The notes beneath the pieces are model-generated. The model made no database searches and was not told the DNA's origin. It saw nothing but the letters and a program-made list of their open reading frames with translations. From an uncultured Comamonadaceae bacterium (lineage in GTDB: Bacteria; Bacteroidota; Bacteroidia; Flavobacteriales_D; Sanyastnellaceae): a stretch of DNA of 64,000 nt. Below are positions 12,247-22,741 of this stretch, piece by piece. The position numbers were made by a program, and so were the translations under genes. Location: positions 9,487-73,486 of the forward strand of contig CAZKRL010000003.1 of the NCBI GenBank assembly GCA_964555295.1, written 5' to 3'. Within the stretch, counting starts at the first letter, position 1; each line of letters begins with the position of its first letter.

Positions 12247-15200
12247 ATGAGAATCTTACTCATATTCATTAGTCTATCTGTATTTTGCAGCGCACAGCCC
12301 ACATTCCCCTACAACGGGGTGTTACCGAAAGACGTGAGCGTGTATGCCATCACTCATGCAACACTATATCAGAATGCGAATACGCGCATCGATAATGCAA
12401 CATTGGTTTTTGCCAAAGGAAGAATCGTTGCCGTGGGCGCAGGTCTCACTCCCCCAAAAGGCGCAGTGGTAATCGACGCCAGCCAACGATATGTCTATCC
12501 ATCTTTCATCGAATCGTTTTGCAACTACGGCATTGAAGCACCTGCAAAACTTTCAGACGCACCCCAAGGGTTAACCTCGAAAAGTGCGCTAGGCTGGAAT
12601 GATGCTGTACATCCTGAATTCAGCGCGGCATCATCCTTTCGCTGTCAAGAGGAAAAAGCGAAGGAGTTGAGAGCGCTAGGTTTCGGAGCGGTTATCACAC
12701 ACCGAACGGATGGCATTTTCCGCGGCACCGGCGCACTGGTTTCGCTCGGGAATAATCCCAATCTGTGTTTGCTAAAAACCACGGCCACACAAGCATTAAG
12801 CTTCAATAAGGGGTCTAGTATCACCAACTATCCCAACTCACTTATGGGTTGTATCGCCTTGTTGCGACAAACCTTTTATGATGCACAATGGTACGCCGCC
12901 GGTGGTAATAAATGGGAGAGAAATCTCTCGCTTGAGGCGATCCACAGTGCTGCTGCATTGCCCGTCATTTTCGATGCTGCCGGCAAGAGAAACCTTCTTC
13001 GCGCGGCCAAAATATTCAATGAGTTCAAACTCTCCGGAGCCATACGAGGCAATGGCAATGAGTATCAATTCCTCGATGATATCGCCGCCAACAAGTGCAA
13101 CGTAATCGTTCCTCTGAATTTTCCCGACGCATGGGATGTAAGTGACCCGTTTGTTTCGCGCATGGTTTCTCTCGACGAAATGAAGCACTGGGAACTCGCA
13201 CCATTCAATTGCGCCATGATGCAGGATAAGAAAATCCCCTTCGCAATTACCACCGCTGATCTTACTGACAAATCCGTTTTTCTCAAAAACCTTCGAAAGG
13301 CGGTGAAATGCGGACTTTCAGAAAGATCAGCCCTGGAAGCTCTCACCACCGCGCCCGCGAAAATGTTGCAGATAGAAAATGAAGTAGGGTCACTGGATGT
13401 AGGTAAATGGGCCAATTTTTTTATCGCATCTGCGAATATTTTTCGGGATGAAGCAGTGCTGCTGGAGAACTGGGTGCAAGGTGAGCAGTATGTTCTTGAT
13501 TCACCACCCCCGGCAGCACTCGCAGGCACGTATCAATTGCAATTGCCCAATCACACATACAATCTGAAAGTGGTCATTGCGGAAGGCAAGTTGAAAGGCA
13601 GCATCCTTCTTCCATCCACCCGAAAAAATGCAGATGGATCAGATTCACCTGATACGATAAAGTATGTTGTCAACCTTCAACTTGTCAACCAACTCTTGAC
13701 CTTGCATTTCACAGCAAAAGATTCTTTTTACTCAGGTGTCATTCGCCTTAGCGGAAATACCGATGCCGCATTAACCCATTGGTCAGGCACTGCTGAGATG
13801 CCCGATGGCACCCTTGCGAAGTGGTCGGCACAACAAACCGAAAACAAAATTCCGGATAACATTGCTGCTAAAAATGAGCCGCTCACCCACGGCAATATCA
13901 TCTATCCTTTCAAGGCATATGGATCAGAGTCATTGCCGATGCCCGAGACGTTGCTGATCAAAAATGCAACTCTCTGGACCTGCGAGAAAGAAGGCAAAAT
14001 TGAAGGTGGCGAAATATTGATTGCCGGCGGAAAGATCATCGCTGCAGGAAAAAAAGTGGATGCATCGGCCTATAAAAACATTACCGTTCTCGATGCGGCA
14101 GGTAAGCACGTCACGCCCGGAATCATCGATGAACACAGCCACATAGCCCTGGAAAGTGTCAACGAATCAGGTCAGGCCAGCAGCGCGGAAGTGACCGAGT
14201 CGTCAGTGATGATGCCCGATGATATCAATATTTATCGTCAGCTATCCGGTGGAGTAACCGGCGCGCAGTTGCTTCATGGCAGTGCCAATCCTATTGGTGG
14301 ACAAAGTGCGTTGGTGAAGCTGCATTGGACTGGAAACGCCGATAAAATGCTCATTCAAAACACCCCGGGGTTTATCAAGTTTGCCCTCGGCGAAAACGTA
14401 AAGCAATCCAACTGGTATTCCGACGGCACACGATTCCCGCAGACACGTATGGGGGTAGAGCAATTCTATTACGATCATTTCATTCGCGCAAGAGAGTACG
14501 CTGCCGCTAAGAAAAACGCAAGTGCAATCCCCTTCCGCAAGGATCTCGAACTTGAGGCGCTGCAAGAGATTCTTGAGAAGAAAAGATTTGTTACCTGTCA
14601 TAGTTATGTGCAAAGTGAAATCAACATGTTGATGCATGTTGCAGACAGCATGCAATTCACCCTCAATACTTTCACCCATATTCTCGAGGGTTATAAAGTG
14701 GCTGATAAAATGAAGCAGCATGGCGCGGGCGCATCATCGTTCAGCGATTGGTGGGCCTATAAGTTCGAGGTGAAAGACGCGATCCCCCACAACGGTGCTT
14801 TGATGTGGAGGGAAGGCATCACGGTTGCGTTCAACAGTGATGATGCTGAAATGGCGCGCCGATTGAATCAGGAGGCGGCTAAAGCAGTGAAATATGGTGG
14901 TGTGCCGGAAGAAGAGGCCCTGAAGTTCGTAACCATCAATCCCGCTAAACTGTTGCACATCGACAACAGAACTGGCAGTTTGAAAGCTGGGAAAGACGCA
15001 GATATTGTCATCTGGTCAGATCACCCATTGAGCATCTATGCAAAAGCAGAACAGACGTTCGTGGAGGGCATCAGATATTTCGATAAAGACCGCGACGAGC
15101 AATTGCGCAATGAAATGAAAACAGAGCGCGCACGACTGATACAAAAAATGCTGAACGCAAAAAACAATGGTGAGGCCGTGCAATCGCCAACCATGAAAGA

Positions 15201-15261
15201 CAAACGTCACTTCCATTGTGACACGATTGACCAAACTGCCGCGGGCATTGATTTCAGATGA
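12247..15261 (+). CDS. Large secreted amidohydrolase-family protein
   Basis: I chose the ATG at 12247, which gives the signal peptide MRILLIFISLSVFCSAQ; the track ORF starts at a TTG 18 nt upstream. It has metal-dependent hydrolase motifs (TPGIIDEHSHI, NSDD, GSLKAGKDADIVIW). Confidence 0.75.
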   Translation: MRILLIFISLSVFCSAQPTFPYNGVLPKDVSVYAITHATLYQNANTRIDNATLVFAKGRIVAVGAGLTPPKGAVVIDASQRYVYPSFIESFCNYGIEAPAKLSDAPQGLTSKSALGWNDAVHPEFSAASSFRCQEEKAKELRALGFGAVITHRTDGIFRGTGALVSLGNNPNLCLLKTTATQALSFNKGSSITNYPNSLMGCIALLRQTFYDAQWYAAGGNKWERNLSLEAIHSAAALPVIFDAAGKRNLLRAAKIFNEFKLSGAIRGNGNEYQFLDDIAANKCNVIVPLNFPDAWDVSDPFVSRMVSLDEMKHWELAPFNCAMMQDKKIPFAITTADLTDKSVFLKNLRKAVKCGLSERSALEALTTAPAKMLQIENEVGSLDVGKWANFFIASANIFRDEAVLLENWVQGEQYVLDSPPPAALAGTYQLQLPNHTYNLKVVIAEGKLKGSILLPSTRKNADGSDSPDTIKYVVNLQLVNQLLTLHFTAKDSFYSGVIRLSGNTDAALTHWSGTAEMPDGTLAKWSAQQTENKIPDNIAAKNEPLTHGNIIYPFKAYGSESLPMPETLLIKNATLWTCEKEGKIEGGEILIAGGKIIAAGKKVDASAYKNITVLDAAGKHVTPGIIDEHSHIALESVNESGQASSAEVTESSVMMPDDINIYRQLSGGVTGAQLLHGSANPIGGQSALVKLHWTGNADKMLIQNTPGFIKFALGENVKQSNWYSDGTRFPQTRMGVEQFYYDHFIRAREYAAAKKNASAIPFRKDLELEALQEILEKKRFVTCHSYVQSEINMLMHVADSMQFTLNTFTHILEGYKVADKMKQHGAGASSFSDWWAYKFEVKDAIPHNGALMWREGITVAFNSDDAEMARRLNQEAAKAVKYGGVPEEEALKFVTINPAKLLHIDNRTGSLKAGKDADIVIWSDHPLSIYAKAEQTFVEGIRYFDKDRDEQLRNEMKTERARLIQKMLNAKNNGEAVQSPTMKDKRHFHCDTIDQTAAGIDFR

Positions 15262-16565
15262 AGCGCATGAAAACATATTGGCTGATGTGCCTGAGTATGA
15301 TCATGGCTATGGTTATAAGCGCGCAACAAATTCCCGGAGTGGCTCCGGTTCAATCACGTTCAGTTCTGATATGGAATGCAACAGCGCATCTGGGTGATGG
15401 CAATCGGGTCGATCAAGCTGCCATTGGTTTCAGGAATGGAAAAATCGACCTAGTTGCGCCAACCAGCAATGCTGACAAGACAAAGTACGAAGTAGTGATT
15501 GACGCCACTGGAATGCACGTATATCCGGGCTTCATCGCTTCTAATTCTACTCTCGGCTTGATGGAAATTGATCAGGTGCGCGCAACAGTAGACCTGGAGG
15601 AAACCGGAACGTATAAGCCCAGCATGCGCTCTGCCATTGCCTATAACACGGATAGCGAAATCATACCTACGGTTCGCAGCAATGGAGTGTTGACCGGACA
15701 AATCGTGCCGCGTGGTGGAGTGATCAGCGGCACTTCATCCGTGATGCAATTCGATGCATGGAACTGGGAAGATGCGATGGTAAAAGAAGATGACGGAGTA
15801 CATCTCAACTGGCCCACGGTCTATCATCGTCATTATGACAAAGGCAAGGTGAATGTAGAGCGCGTGAAAACCTATGAGCAACAGCTTCGTGAGATACACG
15901 CATTTTTCGAGGAAGCCCGCGGCTATGCGGCTTCCAAACGTGAGGTTTCTGAATTGCGATTCGAAGCTATGTTAGGTGTTCTTAGCGGAATTCAAACTTT
16001 GTATGTTCATGCCGACGACATCAAATCCATTCAGGAAGCGCTTAACTTCAAAGATCGGTTTGCTATTGCAAGGATGGTAATTGTTGGAGGATATGATGCG
16101 CATTATGTTGCGGAAGAACTTGTTAAACGTGATGTGCCCGTGCAGTTGCGACGTATTCACGATTTGCCGATCTATGATCAGGATGATGTTGACTTGCCCT
16201 ATCGTTTGCCGAAGTTGCTTTGGGAGAAGGGCGTGGAATTTTGTATCCAGAATGAAGGAGACATGGAGCGAATGGGGTCGAGAAATCTTCCGTTTATGGC
16301 GGGCACTGCTGTTGCTTATGGACTGCCCTATGAACAAGCGGTGAAAGCACTTACGGGAGCGGCCGCAAAAATTCTGCGACTCGATCACCGCCTGGGAACC
16401 TTGTCACCGGGCATGGATGCAACGTTATTTATCTCCGCGGGCGATGCGCTTGATATGCGGACGCTTAACGTAACAAGGGCATTTATTCAAGGTAGAGACA
16501 TTGACCTCTCCAATAAGCAAACTGAGCTTTTCGAGAAATACAAGAAGAAATACGGCCACAAGTAG
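15258..16565 (+). CDS. Secreted amidohydrolase-family protein (partner of the upstream gene)
   Basis: 435 aa with a signal peptide. It has an ATGA start/stop overlap with the upstream amidohydrolase and a C-terminal [13 protein letters not shown] motif. Confidence 0.7.
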   Translation: MKRMKTYWLMCLSMIMAMVISAQQIPGVAPVQSRSVLIWNATAHLGDGNRVDQAAIGFRNGKIDLVAPTSNADKTKYEVVIDATGMHVYPGFIASNSTLGLMEIDQVRATVDLEETGTYKPSMRSAIAYNTDSEIIPTVRSNGVLTGQIVPRGGVISGTSSVMQFDAWNWEDAMVKEDDGVHLNWPTVYHRHYDKGKVNVERVKTYEQQLREIHAFFEEARGYAASKREVSELRFEAMLGVLSGIQTLYVHADDIKSIQEALNFKDRFAIARMVIVGGYDAHYVAEELVKRDVPVQLRRIHDLPIYDQDDVDLPYRLPKLLWEKGVEFCIQNEGDMERMGSRNLPFMAGTAVAYGLPYEQAVKALTGAAAKILRLDHRLGTLSPGMDATLFISAGDALDMRTLNVTRAFIQGRDIDLSNKQTELFEKYKKKYGHK

Positions 16566-16566
16566 C

Positions 16567-17307
16567 ATGAAACTTCGCGCAGAAAATATTGTTCGCAAAT
16601 ACGGCCAGCGCATAGTTGTGCGGGGCGTTTCTTTTGAGGTGAATCAAGGAGAAATAGTGGGCTTGCTTGGTCCGAATGGCGCAGGCAAGACCACCAGTTT
16701 TTATATGGTAACAGGATTGGTTCGTCCGAATGAAGGCAAGGTCTTTCTTGATGATAAAGACATAACCACTGAGCCCATGTACCGCAGAGCGCAATTGGGC
16801 GTGGGTTACTTGCCTCAGGAAGCCAGTGTATTTCGTAGGTTGTCGATTGAAGACAATATTCTCGCGGTGCTGGAGATGACGGCTTTGTCGAAAGTTGAGA
16901 GAAAAGAAAAACTCGAAAAATTATTGGAAGAATTTGGCTTGGCGCACAAGCGTAAATTCATGGGCAATACTCTAAGTGGGGGCGAGAGACGAAGAACCGA
17001 GATCGCTCGAGCGCTTGCCACTGATCCGAAGTTCATACTTCTCGACGAGCCATTTGCAGGGGTTGACCCCATAGCGGTTGAAGATATTCAGCGCATTGTT
17101 TTCCAGCTCAAACAGCGTAACATCGGTGTTCTAATTACCGATCACAATGTACAGGAAACACTGTCCATCACCGATCGTGCATACTTGCTATATGACGGCA
17201 GTATTCTAAAGGATGGTACAGCTGAAGAGCTTGCTTCTGACGAGCAGGTAAGAAAACTTTATCTCGGTCAGAACTTCGAATTGCGATCCACAAAATTGAC
17301 CAGCTAG
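16567..17307 (+). CDS. lptB: LPS export ABC transporter ATP-binding protein
   Basis: I chose the ATG at 16567 ([13 protein letters not shown]). It has Walker A (GPNGAGKTT), the ABC signature (LSGGERRR) and Walker B (ILLDEPF). Confidence 0.9.
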   Translation: MKLRAENIVRKYGQRIVVRGVSFEVNQGEIVGLLGPNGAGKTTSFYMVTGLVRPNEGKVFLDDKDITTEPMYRRAQLGVGYLPQEASVFRRLSIEDNILAVLEMTALSKVERKEKLEKLLEEFGLAHKRKFMGNTLSGGERRRTEIARALATDPKFILLDEPFAGVDPIAVEDIQRIVFQLKQRNIGVLITDHNVQETLSITDRAYLLYDGSILKDGTAEELASDEQVRKLYLGQNFELRSTKLTS

Positions 17308-17387
17308 AACATTGCCAAAAGTGTATTCGCATAATTATCCAGACTATACATTAACTTCGTTCATTCACAACTCATATCAAAATATTC

Positions 17388-17900
17388 ATGAAAACCTACA
17401 CTACCCACTCCAGCTTATTTCGATTACTCTGCGCAGCCATTACTATTTCATGCCTTTCCATTATCTCATGCAAGGAAGACGAAACATGTACAACAGAAAC
17501 TTGTTCTAATGGCAGTTGTTCTACAGGCACATGTGTGTGCAGTAGCGGTTTCGAAGGATCTGATTGCAGCACCGAACAACGAGCTAAATTTATTGGACTT
17601 TTTTCCTTCAATGAAAATTGTAATGGCAGCACTTTCAATTACAACGCATCTATTGGTAAAGGCTCAACGGTAGACAATGTTATCCTATATGATTTTTATG
17701 CACTGCCCAATACAACTATCTCAGCAAGAGTATATGGTCAGAATATTACCATTCCTCAGCAAACCATAGTACACGACGGAAACGAATACAGCATCAATGG
17801 CAGCGGCAGTATCAGCGGAAAAGTCCTGACCCTCAATTACACCATGGATACGCCCAACAAGACGGATTTAAGTTGCTCGGCAACCGGCCAAAAGCAATAA
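17388..17900 (+). CDS. Lipoprotein with an EGF-like cysteine knot
   Basis: 170 aa. It has a signal peptide with lipobox LSIISC, followed by CTTETCSNGSCSTGTCVCSSGFEGSDC (EGF-like C-x-C-x5-G-x2-C spacing). Confidence 0.6.
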   Translation: MKTYTTHSSLFRLLCAAITISCLSIISCKEDETCTTETCSNGSCSTGTCVCSSGFEGSDCSTEQRAKFIGLFSFNENCNGSTFNYNASIGKGSTVDNVILYDFYALPNTTISARVYGQNITIPQQTIVHDGNEYSINGSGSISGKVLTLNYTMDTPNKTDLSCSATGQKQ

Positions 17901-17915
17901 GACCAAAGACAAATA

Positions 17916-18557
17916 TTAGATTCGATTATCCACTTCCGACACTCCGGGAAATTTCCCCTTATCAAATCGGAATTCGGTGTCTGGCAATTCATTGCCGCTC
18001 TTAAAGGATTTGATGTCGTAACTCACGCTCGCGTTTTCCCTGGTCTTCACCTCTACACGAACTATCTCCAGTTTTGCCTTATCGATAAACATTGTAACCG
18101 TGTGGTACGATTTGTTTTTCGGATTGATAGGATTCAATGCAATCTGATAACATGAAACACCTCCTGCAGACGCATTGGTATTTTTCATTTCATGCTTGAA
18201 ATCCTTTTCCCAGATCGTAAACAATTCTGATGGATCAAAACCACCATCTTTAACATCCGCGAGGTTATCGATTGTAACCTCATTGGAGGACTTGTTATAA
18301 TTCCAGACCGTAGTGCCATCGCACCAGATATTGTAATCACCGAGAGTTACCTTGTATTTGGAGCCCTTGATTTTCACAGAACCTTTGTTCGTTTGATTCG
18401 CCCCTGTTTTTGCATTCTGAAGTGTCGAAGTAAAATCGGCAGTGATGGTGCCGTATCCCTTGGCCTTAGCGCTTAACTTATCGAGAATTTCTTTGGAAGT
18501 TTGAGCGTTCAAGTGGAGCGCACTGAGCACAACCACACAAAAAGAAATGAATTTCAT
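17916..18557 (-). CDS. lolA: LolA-like outer-membrane lipoprotein carrier protein
   Basis: I chose the ATG at 18557, which gives the signal peptide MKFISFCVVVLSALHLNAQ. It sits in the ftsK-lolA arrangement common in Bacteroidota and the sequence is LolA-like. Confidence 0.7.
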   Translation of the reverse strand: MKFISFCVVVLSALHLNAQTSKEILDKLSAKAKGYGTITADFTSTLQNAKTGANQTNKGSVKIKGSKYKVTLGDYNIWCDGTTVWNYNKSSNEVTIDNLADVKDGGFDPSELFTIWEKDFKHEMKNTNASAGGVSCYQIALNPINPKNKSYHTVTMFIDKAKLEIVRVEVKTRENASVSYDIKSFKSGNELPDTEFRFDKGKFPGVSEVDNRI

Positions 18558-18570
18558 AGGTGTTGTTTTT

Positions 18571-21066
18571 TTATCCCCGAAGATTTCGCAAGAATTGTTC
18601 CAGGCTTTCCAGATCACTGAACATGACCTTTCTCGCCTTGCTGCCTTCAAACGGACCAATGACACCAGCGGCCTCCAATTGATCAATCAATCGACCTGCC
18701 CGATTGTAACCCAACTTCAACTTTCGTTGCAACATTGAGGCACTTCCTTGCTGAGTTGTCACGACGGTTCTGGCAGCTTCTTCAAACAAATCATCGCGAT
18801 CTTCATCTGCGAAATTACCACCGTCTCCTGCATTTTCATCTACCACTTCAGGTAAAATGAATGCGGAAGGATAGGCCTGTTGTGATCCAATATAATCAGT
18901 GATTTCCTCCACCTCCGGAGTATCCACAAAACCACACTGCAATCGAATCAAATCATTGCCCGTGCTGTAGAGCATATCACCGCGACCTATCAATTGCTCT
19001 GCACCACCCGAATCAAGAATGGTGCGTGAGTCAATTTTCGACGTAACCCTAAATGCTATTCGCGCTGGAAAATTGGCCTTAATGGTACCCGTGATAATAT
19101 TTACCGACGGCCTCTGTGTTGCGATGATAAGATGTATGCCCACTGCTCGTGCCAACTGCGCCAATCGGGCTATGGGCGTTTCAACCTCACGCCCCGCCGT
19201 CATAATCAAATCTGCAAACTCATCGACCACAAGAACGATGTAAGGCAAATAGCGATGTCCGTTTTCCGGATTTAACTGCCGTGATGTGAATTTTTTGTTG
19301 TACTCTTTAATGGTTCTGCACGCCGCAATTTTGAGGAGCTCATAGCGCATGTCCATTTCAACGCACAATGAACTCAATGTTCTTACTACCTTCTGCACAT
19401 CCGTGATGATGGCCTCCGACGCATCCGGGAGTTTGGCTAAGTAATGCCTCTCGATTTTATTGAAAAGGGTCAACTCAACCTTTTTAGGATCTACCAATAC
19501 GAATTTGATTTCCGCAGGATGTTTCTTGTACAGCAATGAAACCAGAATGGCATTCAGTCCAACTGACTTTCCCTGACCCGTAGCACCGGCCATCAGTAGG
19601 TGTGGCATCTTGGTCAGGTCGGCAATGAAGAGCTCATTCGAAATGGTCTTGCCCAATGCCACTGGCAATTCCATATCGGAGTTCTGGAATTTATCCGATT
19701 GAATAAGGCCCCGCATACTCACCACATCTGCCTTAGAATTTGGCACTTCAATACCGATGGTTCCTTTGCCCGGAATGGGTGCAATGATGCGGATTCCCAA
19801 GGCAGCCAGACTCAAGGCAATATCATCCTCAAGGTTTTTGATTTTTGAGATCCGCACGCCAGGCGCAGGAACAATTTCGTAGAGAGTAACTGTGGGACCA
19901 ATAGTGGCTTTGATTTTTGCAATCTCAATTTTGTAGTGGTTGAGGGTTTCGACAATCTTGTTTTTGTTGGCCTCTAACTCGTCCTTATCGATTTGCAAAC
20001 TTCCAGAGCCGTGAGGTTTGAGAATTTCTGTAGGAGGAAATTCAAAACGACTTAGGTCGAGTTTCGGGTCATACGGCCCCATATCTTCTATGGGTCTTGC
20101 CGCGATCACGTCGCCTGACTCTTCAATTTCAGTTGGAATTTCAATCTCTAAGGAAACCTCATCGATGGGCTCTTCAATGATGAGAGGCAAATCATCGGCG
20201 GGTTGTGTGATTTCCGTATCAAGCTCGATTGCAGTGTTGTCTGTTAACTCAATAAGATCAGACTCCGCAGGTGGCTCCGGCTCAGAAGGGAGACTCGTCA
20301 GTAACTCGTTTTTTTTTTCCTCCTCTTGCTTGAGCTCGTTCTTCGGTTTCTTCTTAGGAGCCGGTTCTTCAGCGGGTAAATCCTCTTCAGGCGCTTCCTC
20401 CTCTCGAAGTTTATTCTGTGCTCGTCGTTCCATCCAGCTCGCCCACATCCGCTCGAGGCTATGATTAAAATTGATCACCAAAAATGCTCCAAACGAAAAG
20501 ATGAGCAGCATTAAGGTGCCCGTCCATCCAATGCTGTAGAGACAAGACTCTGTAATCAGATGCGCTATTCCACCGACAAGACTGGGGAAACCTAGCTCAA
20601 TTGATTTGGTATCAGGAATATTATCATGGCTTACAAAAGCGAAGAGCATTGGTACTGCAAGCATACCGAAAGTCACAATTCTCACAGTTTTCCATAGAGG
20701 CCAGATTTCTTTTCTCAGCCAAATTTTACATCCGAGAACAAAGAGTATGAAGGGAAAGAAGAGAGCGCCCAATCCAAAAAGCTTATCCATCATGAGCCAG
20801 CCCGTGTGCGCACCCAAACTACCCATCCAGTTCTTGTAGGTTTCTTGAGCTTCAGACGAAGAGGCCGAGCCCTGAATCAAACGAATATCAGAATTTGAAG
20901 TGAAGGTGTAGGAGAGCGACGCCAGGAAAAGGTAGACACTCAACAATACAACAAAAATTCCTAGTATTTTTCTCGTCCGTACGTCTAGAATCCAGCCGCT
21001 ACTCTCTGCCGTTTTTACCGGCGGTTGCTTTTCCTCCGATGCTTCTGTATTTTTCTTGGTAGCCAA
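18571..21066 (-). CDS. ftsK: DNA translocase FtsK/SpoIIIE
   Basis: 831 aa with N-terminal TM helices, an acidic/Pro-rich linker, Walker A (GATGQGKS) and a C-terminal gamma (wHTH) domain. The start as listed is a TTG. Confidence 0.93.
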   Translation of the reverse strand: MATKKNTEASEEKQPPVKTAESSGWILDVRTRKILGIFVVLLSVYLFLASLSYTFTSNSDIRLIQGSASSSEAQETYKNWMGSLGAHTGWLMMDKLFGLGALFFPFILFVLGCKIWLRKEIWPLWKTVRIVTFGMLAVPMLFAFVSHDNIPDTKSIELGFPSLVGGIAHLITESCLYSIGWTGTLMLLIFSFGAFLVINFNHSLERMWASWMERRAQNKLREEEAPEEDLPAEEPAPKKKPKNELKQEEEKKNELLTSLPSEPEPPAESDLIELTDNTAIELDTEITQPADDLPLIIEEPIDEVSLEIEIPTEIEESGDVIAARPIEDMGPYDPKLDLSRFEFPPTEILKPHGSGSLQIDKDELEANKNKIVETLNHYKIEIAKIKATIGPTVTLYEIVPAPGVRISKIKNLEDDIALSLAALGIRIIAPIPGKGTIGIEVPNSKADVVSMRGLIQSDKFQNSDMELPVALGKTISNELFIADLTKMPHLLMAGATGQGKSVGLNAILVSLLYKKHPAEIKFVLVDPKKVELTLFNKIERHYLAKLPDASEAIITDVQKVVRTLSSLCVEMDMRYELLKIAACRTIKEYNKKFTSRQLNPENGHRYLPYIVLVVDEFADLIMTAGREVETPIARLAQLARAVGIHLIIATQRPSVNIITGTIKANFPARIAFRVTSKIDSRTILDSGGAEQLIGRGDMLYSTGNDLIRLQCGFVDTPEVEEITDYIGSQQAYPSAFILPEVVDENAGDGGNFADEDRDDLFEEAARTVVTTQQGSASMLQRKLKLGYNRAGRLIDQLEAAGVIGPFEGSKARKVMFSDLESLEQFLRNLRG

Positions 21067-21309
21067 TTTGCCTCAATATATTTCAGCGCGGAATTTAACC
21101 GCGCCCGAAAGGCTATTACTACTATCAATGAGGTATTATGAACACCCAAATGTGAGGGCTCATAGAAGGGGCCCTTAAGTTTACTAATTGATAATCAGCG
21201 ATTTATACCAGGCGCCTGTTTCTATGATAAGGGACAATTGTATTTTTTTGCTGAAAAGATAGATAGATACATGATTGGCCCTATCTTCGCGCCCCCATAA
21301 TTCAAAGCA

Positions 21310-21492
21310 ATGGCAAAAAAAGGCAATCGTGTTCAGGTCATTATGGAATGTACCGAGCACAAAGAGTCGGGTAAACCAGGGACTAGTCGGTACATCACCA
21401 CTAAGAACCGTAAGAATACCCCAGACAGACTAGAGATGAAGAAATACAATCCGATTCTCAAGAAAATGACCGTTCATAAAGAAATCAAATAA
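21310..21492 (+). CDS. rpmG: 50S ribosomal protein L33
   Basis: 60 aa ([21 protein letters not shown]...[21 protein letters not shown]), a textbook L33 sequence. Confidence 0.95.
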   Translation: MAKKGNRVQVIMECTEHKESGKPGTSRYITTKNRKNTPDRLEMKKYNPILKKMTVHKEIK

Positions 21493-21500
21493 TCTAGACC

Positions 21501-21659
21501 ATGGCAAAGAAAGTTGTTGCGACCCTGCAGACCGGTAGTGGTAAGAATCACACCAAGGTTATCAAAATGGTAAAGTCCGATAAAACTGGCGCTTATACCT
21601 TCAAAGAGGAAATTGTGCACAATGATCAAGTACAAGCATGGTTTTCTTCCAACAAGTAA
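21501..21659 (+). CDS. DUF4295-family small protein (52 aa; not in the ORF track)
   Basis: I translated it by hand as MAKKVVATLQTGSGKNHTKVIKMVKSDKTGAYTFKEEIVHNDQVQAWFSSNK. It lies 8 nt after rpmG and is followed by a terminator. This is the usual position and appearance of DUF4295 in Bacteroidota. Confidence 0.7.
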   Translation: MAKKVVATLQTGSGKNHTKVIKMVKSDKTGAYTFKEEIVHNDQVQAWFSSNK

Positions 21660-21677
21660 ACTAAATTACCTAAACAT

Positions 21678-21714
21678 AAAGAGGCTGTGACCGACGTTAC
21701 GGCCTCTTTTTTTT
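21678..21714 (+). terminator. Rho-independent terminator after rpmG/DUF4295
   Basis: Stem AAAGAGGC...GCCTCTTT followed by a T-run. Confidence 0.6.
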
Positions 21715-21725
21715 GAAACCGTAGC

Positions 21726-22697
21726 ATGAACTTTTTCAAACGGCTTTTTTCCAAAGAGAAAAAGGAGAGTCTGGACCAGGGACTTGAAAAAACAAGGTCC
21801 GGATTTTTCTCACGACTCGCAAGGATTGTCGCCGGGAAAAGCCAAGTGGATGAGGAGGTACTAGACGGCCTTGAGGAAATGCTCATCTCCAGCGACGTAG
21901 GCGTGGAAACCACCCTGAAAATCATTCGCAATATTGAAGAGCGAGTCAAGCGCGACAAGTTCGTTTCAACAAATGAGCTTAACAAAATTCTCCGTGAAGA
22001 GGTTTCATCATTGTTGAAAGGTCACCCCAGTGAAGACCAGGAAGAGCTGATTGTACCCGCGGGTATCAAACCCTATGTTATCATGGTAGTTGGGGTCAAT
22101 GGTGTGGGCAAAACCACCACCATTGGCAAACTTGCCAACCAATTCAAAAAAGCCGGTAAGTCGGTTGTGCTGGGCGCTGCAGATACTTTCCGTGCTGCTG
22201 CTGTAGACCAATTAAAAATCTGGAGCGAACGTGCGGGTGTACCCATTGTGATGCAGGAGATGGGGTCCGACCCCGCGAGCGTAGCCTATGACACGTTACA
22301 AAGTGCCGTTGCTCAGAACGCAGATGTTGTGCTCATCGACACCGCAGGACGATTGCACAACAAAGTCGGACTGATGAATGAACTCTCGAAAATTCGGAGA
22401 GTCATGCAAAAGGTGCTGCCGGATGCACCTCATGAAGTTCTTCTGGTGCTTGATGGAACTACAGGTCAAAATGCATTTGAACAGGCCAAACAATTCACAG
22501 CAGCAACCGAGGTCAACGCATTGGCGGTAACCAAAATTGATGGCACAGCGCGCGGTGGAGTGGTCATTGGCATCAGCGATCAGTTCAGTATTCCTGTAAA
22601 ATATATTGGCGTCGGTGAAAAGATTGCCGACTTTCAGATTTTCAACCGTTACGAATTCGTTGACTCATTGTTCAAGTCATCGGAGCAGACCGATTGA
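21726..22697 (+). CDS. ftsY: Signal recognition particle receptor FtsY
   Basis: 323 aa with SRP-GTPase motifs ([20 protein letters not shown]). Confidence 0.93.
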   Translation: MNFFKRLFSKEKKESLDQGLEKTRSGFFSRLARIVAGKSQVDEEVLDGLEEMLISSDVGVETTLKIIRNIEERVKRDKFVSTNELNKILREEVSSLLKGHPSEDQEELIVPAGIKPYVIMVVGVNGVGKTTTIGKLANQFKKAGKSVVLGAADTFRAAAVDQLKIWSERAGVPIVMQEMGSDPASVAYDTLQSAVAQNADVVLIDTAGRLHNKVGLMNELSKIRRVMQKVLPDAPHEVLLVLDGTTGQNAFEQAKQFTAATEVNALAVTKIDGTARGGVVIGISDQFSIPVKYIGVGEKIADFQIFNRYEFVDSLFKSSEQTD

Positions 22698-22741
22698 ACC
22701 GCTCATAACCCGAGAGGTATTACTTTATATTTTATACTTGC

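Noticed and set aside
12838-14721. Long antisense ORFs inside the large amidohydrolase gene (12838-13188, 13065-13529, 14242-14721)
   Set aside because: They lie entirely within and opposite a well-supported CDS, have low-complexity or atypical composition, and carry no recognisable motifs. They are typical shadow ORFs.
16501-16566. N-terminal extensions of track ORFs: lptB from 16501, lolA-like from 18686, PorP-like from 48366, porU from 48371, the giant gene from 60922, the luxE-like gene from 41466, hemD from 35165, folB from 23669 and fic from 33669
   Set aside because: In each case an internal ATG gives a canonical N-terminus (signal peptide or conserved family start) and removes an overlap with the neighbouring gene or terminator. 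The extensions are just open frame upstream.
21067-21309. Expected rpmB (L28) upstream of rpmG, or a small RNA in this 243-nt gap
   Set aside because: No L28-like ORF occurs in any frame, and I saw no convincing structure or conserved motif. It is most simply the divergent ftsK/rpmG promoter region.
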